From Welwitschia mirabilis (Eukaryota): 35,233 nucleotides of DNA. Positions within the stretch are counted from its first letter, which is position 1; each line of letters starts with the position of its first letter. Below are positions 1 through 11,685 of the stretch, in pieces. The translations under genes and the position numbers were made by a program. Below the pieces are notes generated by a model. It ran no database searches, was not told the DNA's origin, and saw only the letters and a list, made by a program, of their open reading frames with translations. The stretch spans positions 49,033,493 to 49,068,725 of the forward strand of contig JBOZIK010000001.1 of NCBI GenBank assembly GCA_051453625.1, written 5' to 3'.

Positions 1-2511
1 ATCCAAGATGATTTTGAGGGCTTTTAGAATGTCTAGCAACATTAAGAAGCTTTCTATCATTTAATTTAAGATATGAATTTTCATTTAAAAGATAAGGACT
101 CTTCCAATTAGAATTACCAAATGGCATTTTTTATCCATAATATTTAGTAGCAATATAATAGATAAAAAATTCATATAACTCATGAAAAAATAATCTCTTA
201 TCAAACTCATGATATAAGGAATTTGAAACATATATTTTATGCAAAGCTTAACATTAAACATGGGAGACATTAATGATATTATTGGGGATCTAAGGCTTTG
301 AAAGAAACTTCTTAGGATGATTGATTAAGAAAGGTTTAACACACTTAAGAATCTCCTTAATTTTTAATTCTAAGTATCAAATTTTGGATTAAGAAGATAA
401 GGTTTTCCCTAATTTAGAGTTTTAGGATATCCCAAGTCTTGTTTTTAAAAAGAGTAATCATTAAAAACACAGGGTAAAGTTGATTTTGTAAAATAGGAAG
501 AGATACTACTTTTTGTATCACATGAAGTTTTAAAAAGAAAAGAGTGAGAGATTTTTGGAGTAGACTCCTCAAAGTAATGTGTTTCATTAAATTTAAGAAA
601 ATGAAGAAAATTTCGAGAATTATTTAAATGTTCAAATGGGAGAGAGGGAGAAAGGTTATCATTATCAAGATCACAAGATAATATGAAAGTAGGAGTAGAA
701 GAAGGGATGTCGTTTGAGATTTTTCATGGAAGTACAAGTGAAATTGATGGAAAAACATGTGGAAACTCTTTAAGTTAGTTTATTTCATTAAAAGGTATAA
801 GTCTATCCTCTATTAAGTTTGTTTGATTTTTAATTACTTGTTCTTTATTTCTCTTCTCCTCATTTTTGATGTCATCATTACTTGGTTGAATGCTCTCTTT
901 AATTTCTTTATTATGTTCTTTAGTAATATCTTCCTTTACTTCATTATCTTGATCAATATCATACACTATCTCTTGTTCTTATTTATTCAATTTATTACTA
1001 TTTTGTTAAGGATTATTAATATTTTTTAAGTTAGTGGATTCCTCAAAAATATCATTAAGAAAATCATAGAAAGAAAAGTTCTCGTTATGTGATGGAAGAT
1101 TTTCTAATATTTCTTGATTTAACTCTTCTTTTTCTTTGTTGAATAATTCTATTAGTTCTAAACTATAATCCTCGTTTTCTATTATTAAGTTCTTGTTATG
1201 ACTATTGTCTTGAACTGTATTTGAACAACATGGCTGGATGACTCCCTTCATAATGTAAATTCTTCACTGATTTTATTTCATTACTTAAATTCTCCCTCAA
1301 TCTTATATGTTAAACTTCTTTTAAATGTTGAACTTCTTCATCCTCATTACAAAGTAAGTGAAAACCAGAGATATGATCTAATATTTCAATATACTCATCA
1401 TATTCTTCTTCCTTATCATTTTTATCATCTTTTTGCATGTCATTATTTTCTAGTTTATTAGATTCATCAGAAGGAGAAATGTGATCATTATGTTTATCAT
1501 GGTTTAAAAATTTTTTAGATTTTTCGTGAGTTAATTCTTTTGTTTCATCTTTATTTTTAATAGTAATTAAATGGGATTATAACCTAGCTTATCATTTGAG
1601 AAATAATCATCATCATCCTTATTGTCGAATAATGGAGTTGAATCATTATTGTTTTTCTTTTGTTACCCATCGCCTAATAAGTTTAATGTTATAGGTTAAT
1701 TCATACTTTCATTTTCTATGTTGAAGTAAGAATTATTATTACTTAATATTTCAAAGTTCTCCTCTTGATTTTTAAGGTAGGATGTAGTAGAATAGGTTTG
1801 TGTAAAACAATCTTAAGATTGTTGAATTTGTAATAAATTTTCTTAAAACATTTTAATAAAATTTTCTAAGTTCTTATTAGTATTTTCTTGCTTCATTTTG
1901 ATTTTCTTAAGCATTTTTGTTACTGAGTTATTTCTTCCTTCACAGTAACTTATAGTAGATGGATATTCTTCTTTATGATAATGGATGGGAGATGGTTATT
2001 CTTCATAATAGTTCATGGAAGATGGTTGTTTTTCATAATGACATATTGAAGAGGGTTGGAATTCACTACAATGATTGTAGGATATTTCACTAGATGAGGT
2101 GGAATTCCTAAAATGTTGCAAACTATCATTGTTATTTTTGTTTAAAGTTTAAAAGGAAAGAGGGAAAAAATAAGAAGTTTGAAAAGAGGAAGGAGTTCTA
2201 GTCTCAACATCATTTGAAATTCCCTATAATTGTTCTTGAGATATTTCTCTAAGTGTTTTATTTTCATTATCCTTAGAATTTTCATGTTTCTTCCTCCTTT
2301 CTTTAGCTCTTATTTTAGTCAGTATTTCTCGACGTGGTTTTTTATTATTATTCCTAATAGGAAATGGAAAGGATGAACAAGAAGAATCCTTAGTTTTAAG
2401 TTCTAGATCATCATTAATAGATAAGTTATAAGATTTTTTTCTTTCACATCTCCTTCTAGCAGTTATCTCTTCCGTAGTGATGTTTGCATTTGAACTAGAG
2501 GGTTTTATCAT
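1..2511 (-). pseudogene. Decayed ORF region of family A copy 1 (gag-position ORF, low complexity, function unknown)
   Basis: Minus-strand ORF fragments 2224-2511, 1006-1251 and 775-966 are colinear pieces. The homologous pieces in copy 2 include 14310-14564. An in-frame 30-nt repeat is present, with many stops and frameshifts. Confidence 0.55.
1952..2078 (-). repeat. 30-bp degenerate tandem repeat, ~4 units (encodes ~MSHYEEQPSS on - strand)
   Basis: Units like ATGGAAGATGGTTGTTTTTCATAATGACAT. The array in copy 2 (~14602-14758) has 5 units. Confidence 0.8.
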
Positions 2512-3219
2512 GTTTGTATTAAGTAATACTACTTATTAATAAGAAGGAGATAAAATACTTGTTCTCATATTCTATCATTTTCACTACTACTATTTGAAAG
2601 ATTTGGTTCTAAAATAACAAAAGCAAAAAAAAAAAAAAAAACTTTAAATCTTGGAAATTACATACTTTGGATGTGCATACCTATATTTTATTTTTCATCA
2701 AGTAAGCCTTTTTTGATATTTTTTAAGTAAGCTTCATTCCCTTAGATATTTTAGCTTTTTACTAGATTTTATCATGTGCTTGCATGCTTAGTAAGATATG
2801 TATCTATTTATCACCTTATTCGTAGTCTGGATGATATTCTAAATGACTGAAAAACAAAAAACAAAAAATAAAATCGCTGAAAACCAAAATAAAAACCTTC
2901 TGTCAATCGTCTTCCTGTGCTATCCAGATGACAGAGTAGACGATATCGACTTATTACATAGTAAAAAATTTAAAACAAACCTATAGAACAAAATAACAGA
3001 AGACTTAACCCTATGTTAACATCCGCATATGTTATCTAGACGATAGATAGGACTACAAATTTAAAAAATTTGGAATAAAAAATAAAAAATGAGAAATAAT
3101 GCAAAAAGTAAAATTACGATATTTAATAGTAAAAATATAATACTATCATAAATAAATACCTAAATCAAAATCCAAAGCACTTATCTAGGTAACACTAATC
3201 CTTAAACTCCTTGTAGCCT

Positions 3220-3237
3220 TCCCCAGCAATGGCACCA
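3220..3237 (-). other. Primer-binding site complementary to tRNA-Asp
   Basis: TCCCCAGCAATGGCACCA versus plant tRNA-Asp 3' end TCCCCGGCAACGGCGCCA is 15/18, with all three differences CpG transitions. It lies 3 nt from the LTR end. A tRNA-Asp PBS is characteristic of the Athila clade. Confidence 0.9.
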
Positions 3238-3240
3238 AAA

Positions 3241-3897
3241 TGTTGTGATGTGTATTTATGCAAGCATTACGTTCTTAGTTAAATCCTATTAATCATAAAT
3301 ATATGCAAAAACACAACACATTAATATAGATGAGAGTGGATCTGAATGTCAAAATCTGTTGAAGGAACTAGATGAGAAAAAGAGAATTACTTTGAATAAA
3401 GTAAAGGTTTAAACTTAAAATCAATAATGTAAGAAAAGTAAACACACAATGCAAATGCAAAATGAAAACTACTCTAAATGCAATATCTATCTGACTACTA
3501 AATCCTTATCACCAAGATCGGCCCTATATAACCTAGATCAATCGAGGAAACTATTACTAACCAAACCCAACCTATGCTATTAAGTACATCAAACAGATTA
3601 TGGAAAATATGAAATGATTAATCTATGAAATAAAAAATGCAATTCAAGCCTTAAACTAATTTTTTCAATCTTAATAAAGGTTTCTTTTGATAACCTATAT
3701 CACAAATGAAGCTATCACAGAATCATAAGAAACATAAACCATAAGGGACATGCACATGAATATGAATAAAAATAAAAAAAGATTTTCATTAAAAGTCAAA
3801 TCAACATCTTATTACAAAGCAGAAATACCTTAATAAAGGAGACACATTCCAATACTAATAAAGGTTCCTTTCTACAACTAATGGATGGACCTCCTGC
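3241..3897 (-). repeat. 5' LTR of family A copy 1 (cut by assembly gap)
   Basis: Homologous to 8515-~9165 and 15859-~16510; begins TGTTGTGATG on +. Confidence 0.9.
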
Positions 3898-3997
3898 NNN
3901 NNNNNNNNNNNNNNNNNNNNNNNNNNNNNNNNNNNNNNNNNNNNNNNNNNNNNNNNNNNNNNNNNNNNNNNNNNNNNNNNNNNNNNNNNNNNNNNNN
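3898..3997. other. Assembly gap (100 N)
   Basis: Run of exactly 100 N; the sequences on either side are unrelated. Confidence 0.99.
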
Positions 3998-5177
3998 CCA
4001 GTCTGGGTATTACTCTAAGCTCTTAGGAATTTGCTTTGCATTTCTCAAAGCCCTAGACCTAGGGCTCTAGGTGAATTTACCTTTCTTTTTGTTAGGCCCT
4101 TTAATAGAGAGACTTCTCTAGACATTCGGAATTAGTTCTATTATCTTAGCGAGCAACCAATGAGATCACAATAAGAGAGGCCTCTTATCCTCCTCTACGA
4201 TGATATCCACATTAGACTCTACCAAGGAGAGCTCCTAAGAGAAAAGCCATCATGAAAGGAACCCCTTAATCTGAGGGGAATATTACATAAGATAGCTCTA
4301 GTCAGTAGGGGATGACTCCATCCCTAGACCACATAGAGGAGATGAATTCATCCCTAGACCATCAGGAGACAACTTAGAAGACCATTTAAGAGACATCTAA
4401 GGAGCAAGTTTAGGAACATCCATCATCCAACTCCCAGGAGTAAGGGAGGCATGTCTAGGCCTTCCCTCAATAAGAAAGGAACCCCAATTCTACCTAGAAT
4501 TCAACCATAGACTCTTCTTCAGCAGAAACATAGTATAACTCTTAAGAGGTTATAGATATGAATGCTACAAGATGGAAAGTTATGTTTGCAATAATTCATG
4601 GACTAAANNNNNNNNNNTATGCCCCGTTGCCCCATTAGAAATCTTCCACAAATTCCTCCCTCAAGCCATCAAGTCCACCTATAGAAAAAAAGTTCTTAGG
4701 CTACATCAAAATAAAAATAAAGTAGGTGCTAAAGAATTCAAAGAGGTAAATCAGGCCTTTAAGGTGCTATCTGATGAAATGAATAGTTTTTAACTTAAAC
4801 ATAACCACTGTAATCTTTTTCCTTTTTGTAGAGAATACTAATCCTTTTCTTTTTATGTCTTTTCTCTAGTCTAAGTTAAGTTTTCTTAAGTCTGATATAT
4901 TGAGGTGGTTTTAATCCTAGTTAATTAGTTAGTAGTATTTCTCAGTGGTTATTGCATAATAATATTTTAGATAGTTAGTTTCCCATCTTTAGTCTATTTT
5001 CCTAGGGGAACTTTCACCCCCAATTTTGTTCTGTTTCTAGTTTATTCTTGAACCTTCAATGGCATGTTTCCTTCTTCTTTAAACAATTTAAACTTCCCAT
5101 TAATTTAGGGTGTTATTGCCCTCACCAATGTAAATTTTGTAGTTTAATATAATTTTCTCTTTTATCAAAAAAAAAAA
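3998..5177 (+). mobile_element. Poly(A)-tailed non-LTR retro-insertion (L1-like 3' end or LINE-mobilised retrocopy), 5' end lost in gap
   Basis: A decayed ORF stops at 4793, followed by a ~370-nt T-rich 3' UTR ending AATATAATTTTCTCTTTTATC-A11 (5167-5177). The A run joins directly into the middle of a family B LTR at AAAAG|TAATAAC. Confidence 0.7.
4618..4793 (+). pseudogene. DnaJ/Hsp40 J-domain remnant (HPD motif decayed to HQN)
   Basis: PQAIKSTYRKKVLRLHQNKNKVGAKEFKEVNQAFKVLSDE fits the J-domain consensus IKKAYRKLALKxHPDKN...A.E.FKEINEAYEVLSD. Confidence 0.8.
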
Positions 5178-5929
5178 GTAATAACATGCCTTAGTCAATC
5201 CTAAGCATAACAAGTATGAAATTAATCATAACTTAATATCAAAGTAATAAACTAAGAAAAGAACAAATAACACTTTATTATCAAAGGAGTAAAAGTATAC
5301 AATCCATGAAAAGTACTCATCTTAATTCATGAAGCATCATGCTAGCTTATAAGCTAGCCCCTCCCTAATGAAAAGATTAGAAAGAACACATGACTAAAGC
5401 TCCATTAATCTATTATACAATATGACGAATTCTAGCTGACTTCAAGTAAAGTAGGGTATTTATAGGCCTAAATTAAGGTTTTTAGTTAGGATTTCTAAGG
5501 CCTAATGAGATTTTTTTAGAACTCCAAAAGTGTACAGGGTCATCCTTTAATCATGGGGTCAATTTGAGGATTCTTCTAAGAAAATATTCTTCATTAATCA
5601 TCTACTTTCAGAAATGTTCTAAATGGATTACTTTTATTGATAAGATTCAGAAATGTAAGTATGGACTTATTATGCATATAAAAAGCAGTGTTGCTACTCT
5701 TGAAACTAGTGCCACTACCAATAATACTTGACACACCTATATCTTCTGTCATAATACTCCAAATGATGTAAATGTCCTACAAAATAATTGTGTTAAGGTA
5801 GATTATTAGTAAAACTATATTTTCGTAGCCTTAAGCATAATAAATGCATAAAATCATCATAATAATCAATTGAGAATGCTAAAAAGCCCTATATTCCTTA
5901 ATATAAATGTTAATTTTTATGTCTTATCA
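5174..5929 (-). repeat. Family B LTR (partial, inverted relative to 21034-21786)
   Basis: Its reverse complement aligns colinearly with 21034-~21786. The minus-strand start TGATAAGAC at 5929 matches TGATAATAC at 21034. No PPT precedes it, so it is a 5' or solo LTR. Confidence 0.82.
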
Positions 5930-7069
5930 ATGGTCAATGGTGAAAGCAATAGTAGATTCAAGCAAAGATTAATAAATATAATGATAAGAACATAGATCCT
6001 ACATAAGATGGAAGTAAAATATAAAAATGAGTTTGAGTTTTCTAAGTAAAAAAAAGTAGGAAAATGGTAAAAATAATAAATATAGATGAAGATGTATGAA
6101 GAATATCAACTACTTTACCTTATATACTGACTTAGCTAGATGCATTAGTATTCATCGTAGAACTAATATTAAATATATATGATTAAGTGCTTAATAACAA
6201 TAAGCATCATGTAACAAGAATAATGATTATAAGAACATCAAATGATTCTTATATAAAGTATTAAGTTTATTTCAGTAGAATCAATTCAATTATTTTCTAA
6301 AGAAACAATGAAATTTTGCTAATGTATCATCCATTGATCAATATATTTTATCATGATCTTAAAGTCATGGCTCAAAAATTATGGGAAATAACATTAATAA
6401 AATCTTAAAGAATACCATTCATCATGACGAGGGGAGTGTAACCACTATTAAAAAGTAAGTACCTATAAGTCAAAGCTAGATTATGGCTAGATAACTCTCT
6501 AATGTAGTTCCCATAGCTGTCATATGATATTACAAAAGGATCCTTTTGAGAAAATTTACCCCAAAATGCTTGTAGTAGGATATCATGGAAGTAATAAGAG
6601 TAATGTTAGTGATGATGATTATTATTATTATTTCATCTCTCTAAACTGAGACATTATTTTTTTATAAATTAACCTATATTCCCTTTTTGAAACATTGGTT
6701 GATCCTTAGAATAATATATTAACTAACTACAAAGTTGCAAACCAACATTTGATTTGACATAATTAATACTTAAATAAAATTATCATAAAGATTAAAGTTT
6801 ATAGTTATGAAAATGTCTTAAATTGGCTAAAATCCAATATCGATCCTTTTTAAATACTCTAAAGTAAAAAAATAATTTTTATCAAGACTCATATAAAATT
6901 TAACCTAAAATCAATTGCATAGATAACTAAACAGTAAGATGAATTAACCAAGGAATCTGACTAGGAAACTATTTCAACTAGTAAAGGGAAGATATTCTTC
7001 TTAAGTAAGAGGATCATCTAAGTCATTTTCATTAATCATATCCATGACATAATAATCATCATTAGGTGA

Positions 7070-8514
7070 TTGATATAACCTCAACTTTTATCCATTTACC
7101 TTTACATAAGTGTTTAAGTCGAAAATACCAACAGAGTGATTAAGATGTACTTGTTCTATAAGATAAGGGCTTAGCCATTAGAAGTCAATTTGTCATGAAT
7201 TATGTACACTTTAATATTAAACAACAATACCAATTATCCTACTTGAAATATTTAGTAATAATAGTGTTAACATGGTAAAATTTCTCTTAAGCTTTTTTTA
7301 GATGAGTTATCTATGAACAACATGATTTTATTTCTCATCAAAATGTTAATGTTAGACTAGTCTATGTTAAATATTCTCATTAAAATAGATACCATTGATT
7401 TGATGGATTATTCTATGGAAATTATAGCATACACTAATAAGAAGAACACATGTTTTATCATACAGAATTTCACGAGGTGAAAAACCAAGTGAATTATGTC
7501 AAGTAGTATAGTAATACTAAAGCACATCATGAAGTTTCAAAGACAAAGACTTCTTATTTCAAAAGATAAGTTTTTAAAGCATTTTTTAATTTTCTTATTA
7601 GAATTCTCAATTTGGTAATTAATTAATAAATGCTAAGCATTAGTTATTCTATGTCCAATTCTAACAAAATGAGAAGTTTTCTAACAAGATTATTTATAAA
7701 ATGAGTACATTGGTAACTAATCAAGATCATAGAAATAAAAACCCATGATAAATATTATATCTAAGGAAAGAACATATATTTTTTATTTTTTACAATTATA
7801 GAAATAGATTCTACCTATTTCATTTCATAATCCATAACCAACTAAAATATAATTCTTATTAGAAGAAGATGGTATAAAAGGGTCTATGAAGTCTATAGCC
7901 TAAGAATAAAAAGGTTCACACTCTAAGATAGTTGGAGGGATATGTATTAAGATTAGAAAGGCTGCCAAATCATTATCAAGCATTAAATTTTCTAGTAAAG
8001 TTGAATGAATCCTTAAATAGGATAAACCAATAGAATTTAACATGTAGGATTTTCATAGAATTCTTTTGAGCACTAAATGACCTCTCCATACATCATGATG
8101 AAAAGAGTAAGAACATCATATTATTTTCATTTGGCATACTGTTGTGGTGTGTTTTTATGCAAATGTTACATCCTTATTTAAATCTTATCAATCATAAATA
8201 TATGAAGAATCACAACACACTAGTATAGTCAGGGATATGTATTAAGATTTAATACATCATGAATTCTATAGCCTAACAATCAAAAGGTTCACACTCTAAG
8301 ATAGTTGGAGGGACATGTATTAAGATTTAAAAAGGCTACCAAATCATTGACAGGCATTAAATTTTCTAGTAAAGTTGAATGAATCCTTAAATAGGATAAA
8401 CCAATAGAATTTGGCATGTAGGATTTTCATAGAATTCTTTTAAGCACTAAATGACCTCTCCATACATCATGATGAAAAGAGTAAGAACATCATATTATTT
8501 TTATTATGGCACAC
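7070..8514 (-). pseudogene. Decayed Ty3/gypsy (Athila-type) integrase
   Basis: Frameshifted translation gives the HHCC region (KILHVKFYWFILFKD), core-domain pieces (AIDFIDPF, YILV, THFINN, LGFSPREILYDKTC) and the C-terminal GPY/F region (PYLIEQVH..VGIFDLN..VKVNG.KLRLY). Interrupted by the LTR at 8515; includes the duplicated 7886-8231 segment. Confidence 0.85.
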
Positions 8515-8606
8515 TGTTGGGATGTGTATTTATGCAAATGTTACATCCTTAGTTAAATCTTGTCAATCATAAATATATGAATAATCACAACATACTAATA
8601 TAGTCA
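7886..8606. repeat. ~346-bp direct duplication spanning the integrase/LTR junction, with a 27-bp filler
   Basis: 7886-8231 matches 8259-8606. Each unit includes the first ~92 bp of LTR A (8140-8231 and 8515-8606). The filler is 8232-8258. Confidence 0.9.
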
Positions 8607-9729
8607 AGAGTGGACCCAAATGTTGTAATTTATCGAAGGCACTAAGCAAGAAGAAAGAGAATTTATCTTCATGAAGTAAAGATTCAAAATGATAATCAAT
8701 AATGCAAGAAAAGTAAACACATTATGCAAATGTAAATGTTATCTACTCTAAATGCAATATCTATCTGACTACCAAATCTCTGTAACAAGATTGGCCGTGT
8801 ATAACCTAGATCAATTAAGAAAATTATTACTAATTTTAACCAACTTAAGTTATCAAATGCATCAAGTAGAATATGAAAAACATGCAAAGTTAAATCTAAG
8901 AAATATAAATGCAATACAAGATCTTAAAATAATGATTTCAACCTTAACAAAGATTGCTCTTGATGACCTATATCACAGATGAAGTTATCACGGAATCATG
9001 AGCAACATAAATCATAAGGGACATGCACATGACTATAAAACTAAAAGAAGATTTCCATTAAAAATCAAACCAATAGCCTGTTATAAAGTAGCAGCACCTT
9101 AATGAAGAAGACATAACCCAATACCAAGGAAGACCCCTCTTTGCAACTAATGAATGGACCTCTGGCTCTTCGATCTCCTATTCGAGAATTTCTAGTGCAA
9201 TGAAGATGATCAGAATTGAGGATGAAGATGGTATTTATTGATAACAACAAAATTTAATAATAGAAAATCTAATAGACACACGAAAATCCTAATGTCCACA
9301 GAAAGCACATGACATATTAAATAAGTTAGGTAAAGTTTGATACATTAACTAAAATGAGATTGTTGTCCCAGTTATTATCTGAACGATGGTGGGAATGATG
9401 CCATGTCAAGAGAGTTCTATATTTAACCTTAATATTGGTCCACTTAGCATCCTAGTGTCATCCTAATATGTCAACCAGATAATGGAGAGGATAATAGACC
9501 TTTTAAAGCTCTTTATCAAGTTAAATTGACCTTAAAGATCATTAATTCCTCCTCAAATATAAAGTGTCAGAATTAGTCTAAAATGCCTTCAAAGGTATTA
9601 GTATTTGTGTATTTCTGTGATTTTTTCCTTGACTCTTAATAATTATCATTTTGTACTTAAACATTTCTAAATGTCTTGCGAAACTACTCAAAATACCCTA
9701 TCAAAAACATACAATTTGCCATCACAACA
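8515..9729 (-). repeat. 3' LTR of family A copy 2 (1215 bp)
   Basis: TGTTGGGATG...CATCACAACA termini (9/10 inverted repeat). Abuts the PPT and is homologous to 15859-17091. Confidence 0.92.
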
Positions 9730-9730
9730 T

Positions 9731-9742
9731 CGCCCCCCACTT
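9731..9742 (-). other. Polypurine tract
   Basis: Minus strand AAGTGGGGGGCG immediately before the LTR TG. Confidence 0.85.
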
Positions 9743-11643
9743 AGCCTTATTAGCTCCTGACAAAGTTGGTGAACAACTATAATTGCAAGCCACATTGACT
9801 TAGATAAAACACTATTTAGAGATATGTAAATCAAGTTCATACATCTCAGCATGTTCGAATAAATCATAAAATTAAATAATCTAAAATGTTTCACCTTAGT
9901 AGTGGTATCATCTAGATTATCATCCAGATGATTAGCCCCCCACTTAAAAAATTTAGCACATCCAAAGGATAGAAATTGAATGTCATAATAAAAATAATCA
10001 TCATAAGATATGATCATAATAACTTAGATAAATAATGTGCATATATAATTAGAAAAATTAATAACTCAAAAAGAATATTCATAGATTAAACATTGAGTTT
10101 ATAAGCATAATATATAAGGAAAATATGTCAAAAATAATCAATCATGATATTACTCCCTTCATCCACAGTCTTATGAATTACTTTGATCATTTGTGTGAGA
10201 AAAACATACTACAAGTATTCTGCTATTAAGTACATGTTTTACTAGACATTATCCAGAATGTATATCACTCAAATAATACACATTCAAAATTAGATTAGTA
10301 CATGACATATATGTCTCATGAAAATGTAAAAATGACCTTCAAAAATTTAAAATTTATTCAATATATCTCAAAATATATATCTTGATTTCCCCACAAGTGA
10401 ATCAATACATCCCATATTGCATTAATGTAAGAAGGAAAAAGATGGAAATGCAAGTTTAAATACAAGTAAGCAAAATAGTAAGACTAGAATTAGTATTCTA
10501 TGCATGAAAGGAAGGTCTAAAAAATAGTTTGAAAAAGATGAAAGATAAATAGTTAATGCTTAGAAAATATTTGTGTGTCATTTACCTAGTTATCTGGATG
10601 ACAATGAGAATGACAAGGTTTTTCAAAAGATCATAAATTTTGGAATGATTAATAGAATTAGTTAAGCTCAGATAGCATTAAGTAGGTTTTAGAAAGGTAT
10701 AAGAGAGTCTGAAATATGGGAAATTACTAAGAATCATGATAAATCAAGGCATGATAAAGGAGGTGAATGCACCAAGCTAAGGAAGATAAATGAAATATGC
10801 CATGAACTCATAATCATTGGAAAATAGTACTGGATCCATCAAAACTCAAAAAAGAAAATTAAAGAAAAATAAACTTAAAAAGATTCAAAAGAATATATGG
10901 GAAAAATTAGCATCATAAACTAAAGAAGTTTAGATGTAAAAATAAAATCAAATTTTATAAATAAAAGTGACAAAAAGAAATAAAATCAAAAAGAGAACTA
11001 CTAAATTATTAAGTCCTAAAAACTTGTAATGAAAAAGTACAAAAATAACTTTGAAATATCAAAGAAAACAACTAAGGAAAACAAAACGGAAATAGACAAC
11101 TTAGGAACATGAAGAAAATTGTATACCTATCCTAAATTCAAACCTAGCAAATGCTCTTAAAAGTAGTTATAAAATCACCTAATTAATATTGCATAAGATA
11201 ATGAAAAAACTTTATAAAGTACCACTTGAATAAGTAGTGATTACGATGATGCTAAGTAACTAATGTTTTCAAACAATAAATCCTAAGATCAAAAGCTACT
11301 AGAAATGAACTTACATATTAACACCCTAAAACACACCCAAACCCTCATGATTATGTAAGAATACTGTAAGCACAATGAGTCGAGGAAATAAGAAATGCCT
11401 CTAATGATATTAGAAACACCATCAATCTTATAGCCTTAAAGTATTTTATTTTAATTTATGATCAAGGGAGTGTAATCATAATTAGTGAAGTAGAAACCCA
11501 TGAAGCATGACTAACTAACCCCCTAGTGGAGTTTCTGTAGCCTCCAACACTATCAAAGGTCCCTCTTGGAACAATTTACTTGGTGTAGTAGGACATCATG
11601 ATGATCATGTATTTAGCATAGAAATAATAGATCATGGTTATTA

Positions 11644-11646
<3 letters not shown>

Positions 11647-11682
<36 letters not shown>
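11647..11682. repeat. (TC)18 microsatellite
   Basis: Perfect TC run inside the element's 3' UTR. Confidence 0.97.

Positions 11683-11685
<3 letters not shown>

Larger units (their letters stand above)
1..3897 (-). mobile_element. Ty3/gypsy Athila-like LTR retrotransposon, family A copy 1 (partial: 5' LTR, PBS, 5' UTR, decayed ORF)
   Basis: Colinear with ~12660-16510 along its whole length. The LTR end TGTTGTGATG at 3241 lies next to a tRNA-Asp PBS. Truncated by the window start and by the 100-N gap. Confidence 0.88.

Noticed and set aside
2625-2641. A17 run as a retroposon poly(A) tail
   Set aside because: The paralogous site in copy 2 (~15250) has a short A tract with colinear flanks, so this is homopolymer expansion.
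3885-4070. ORF spanning the 100-N gap
   Set aside because: Artefact of translating through Ns; it joins LTR sequence to an unrelated element.
6429-6445. GAGGGGAG-TGTAAC as PPT/LTR start
   Set aside because: No second copy, LTR end or upstream pol on that strand supports it.
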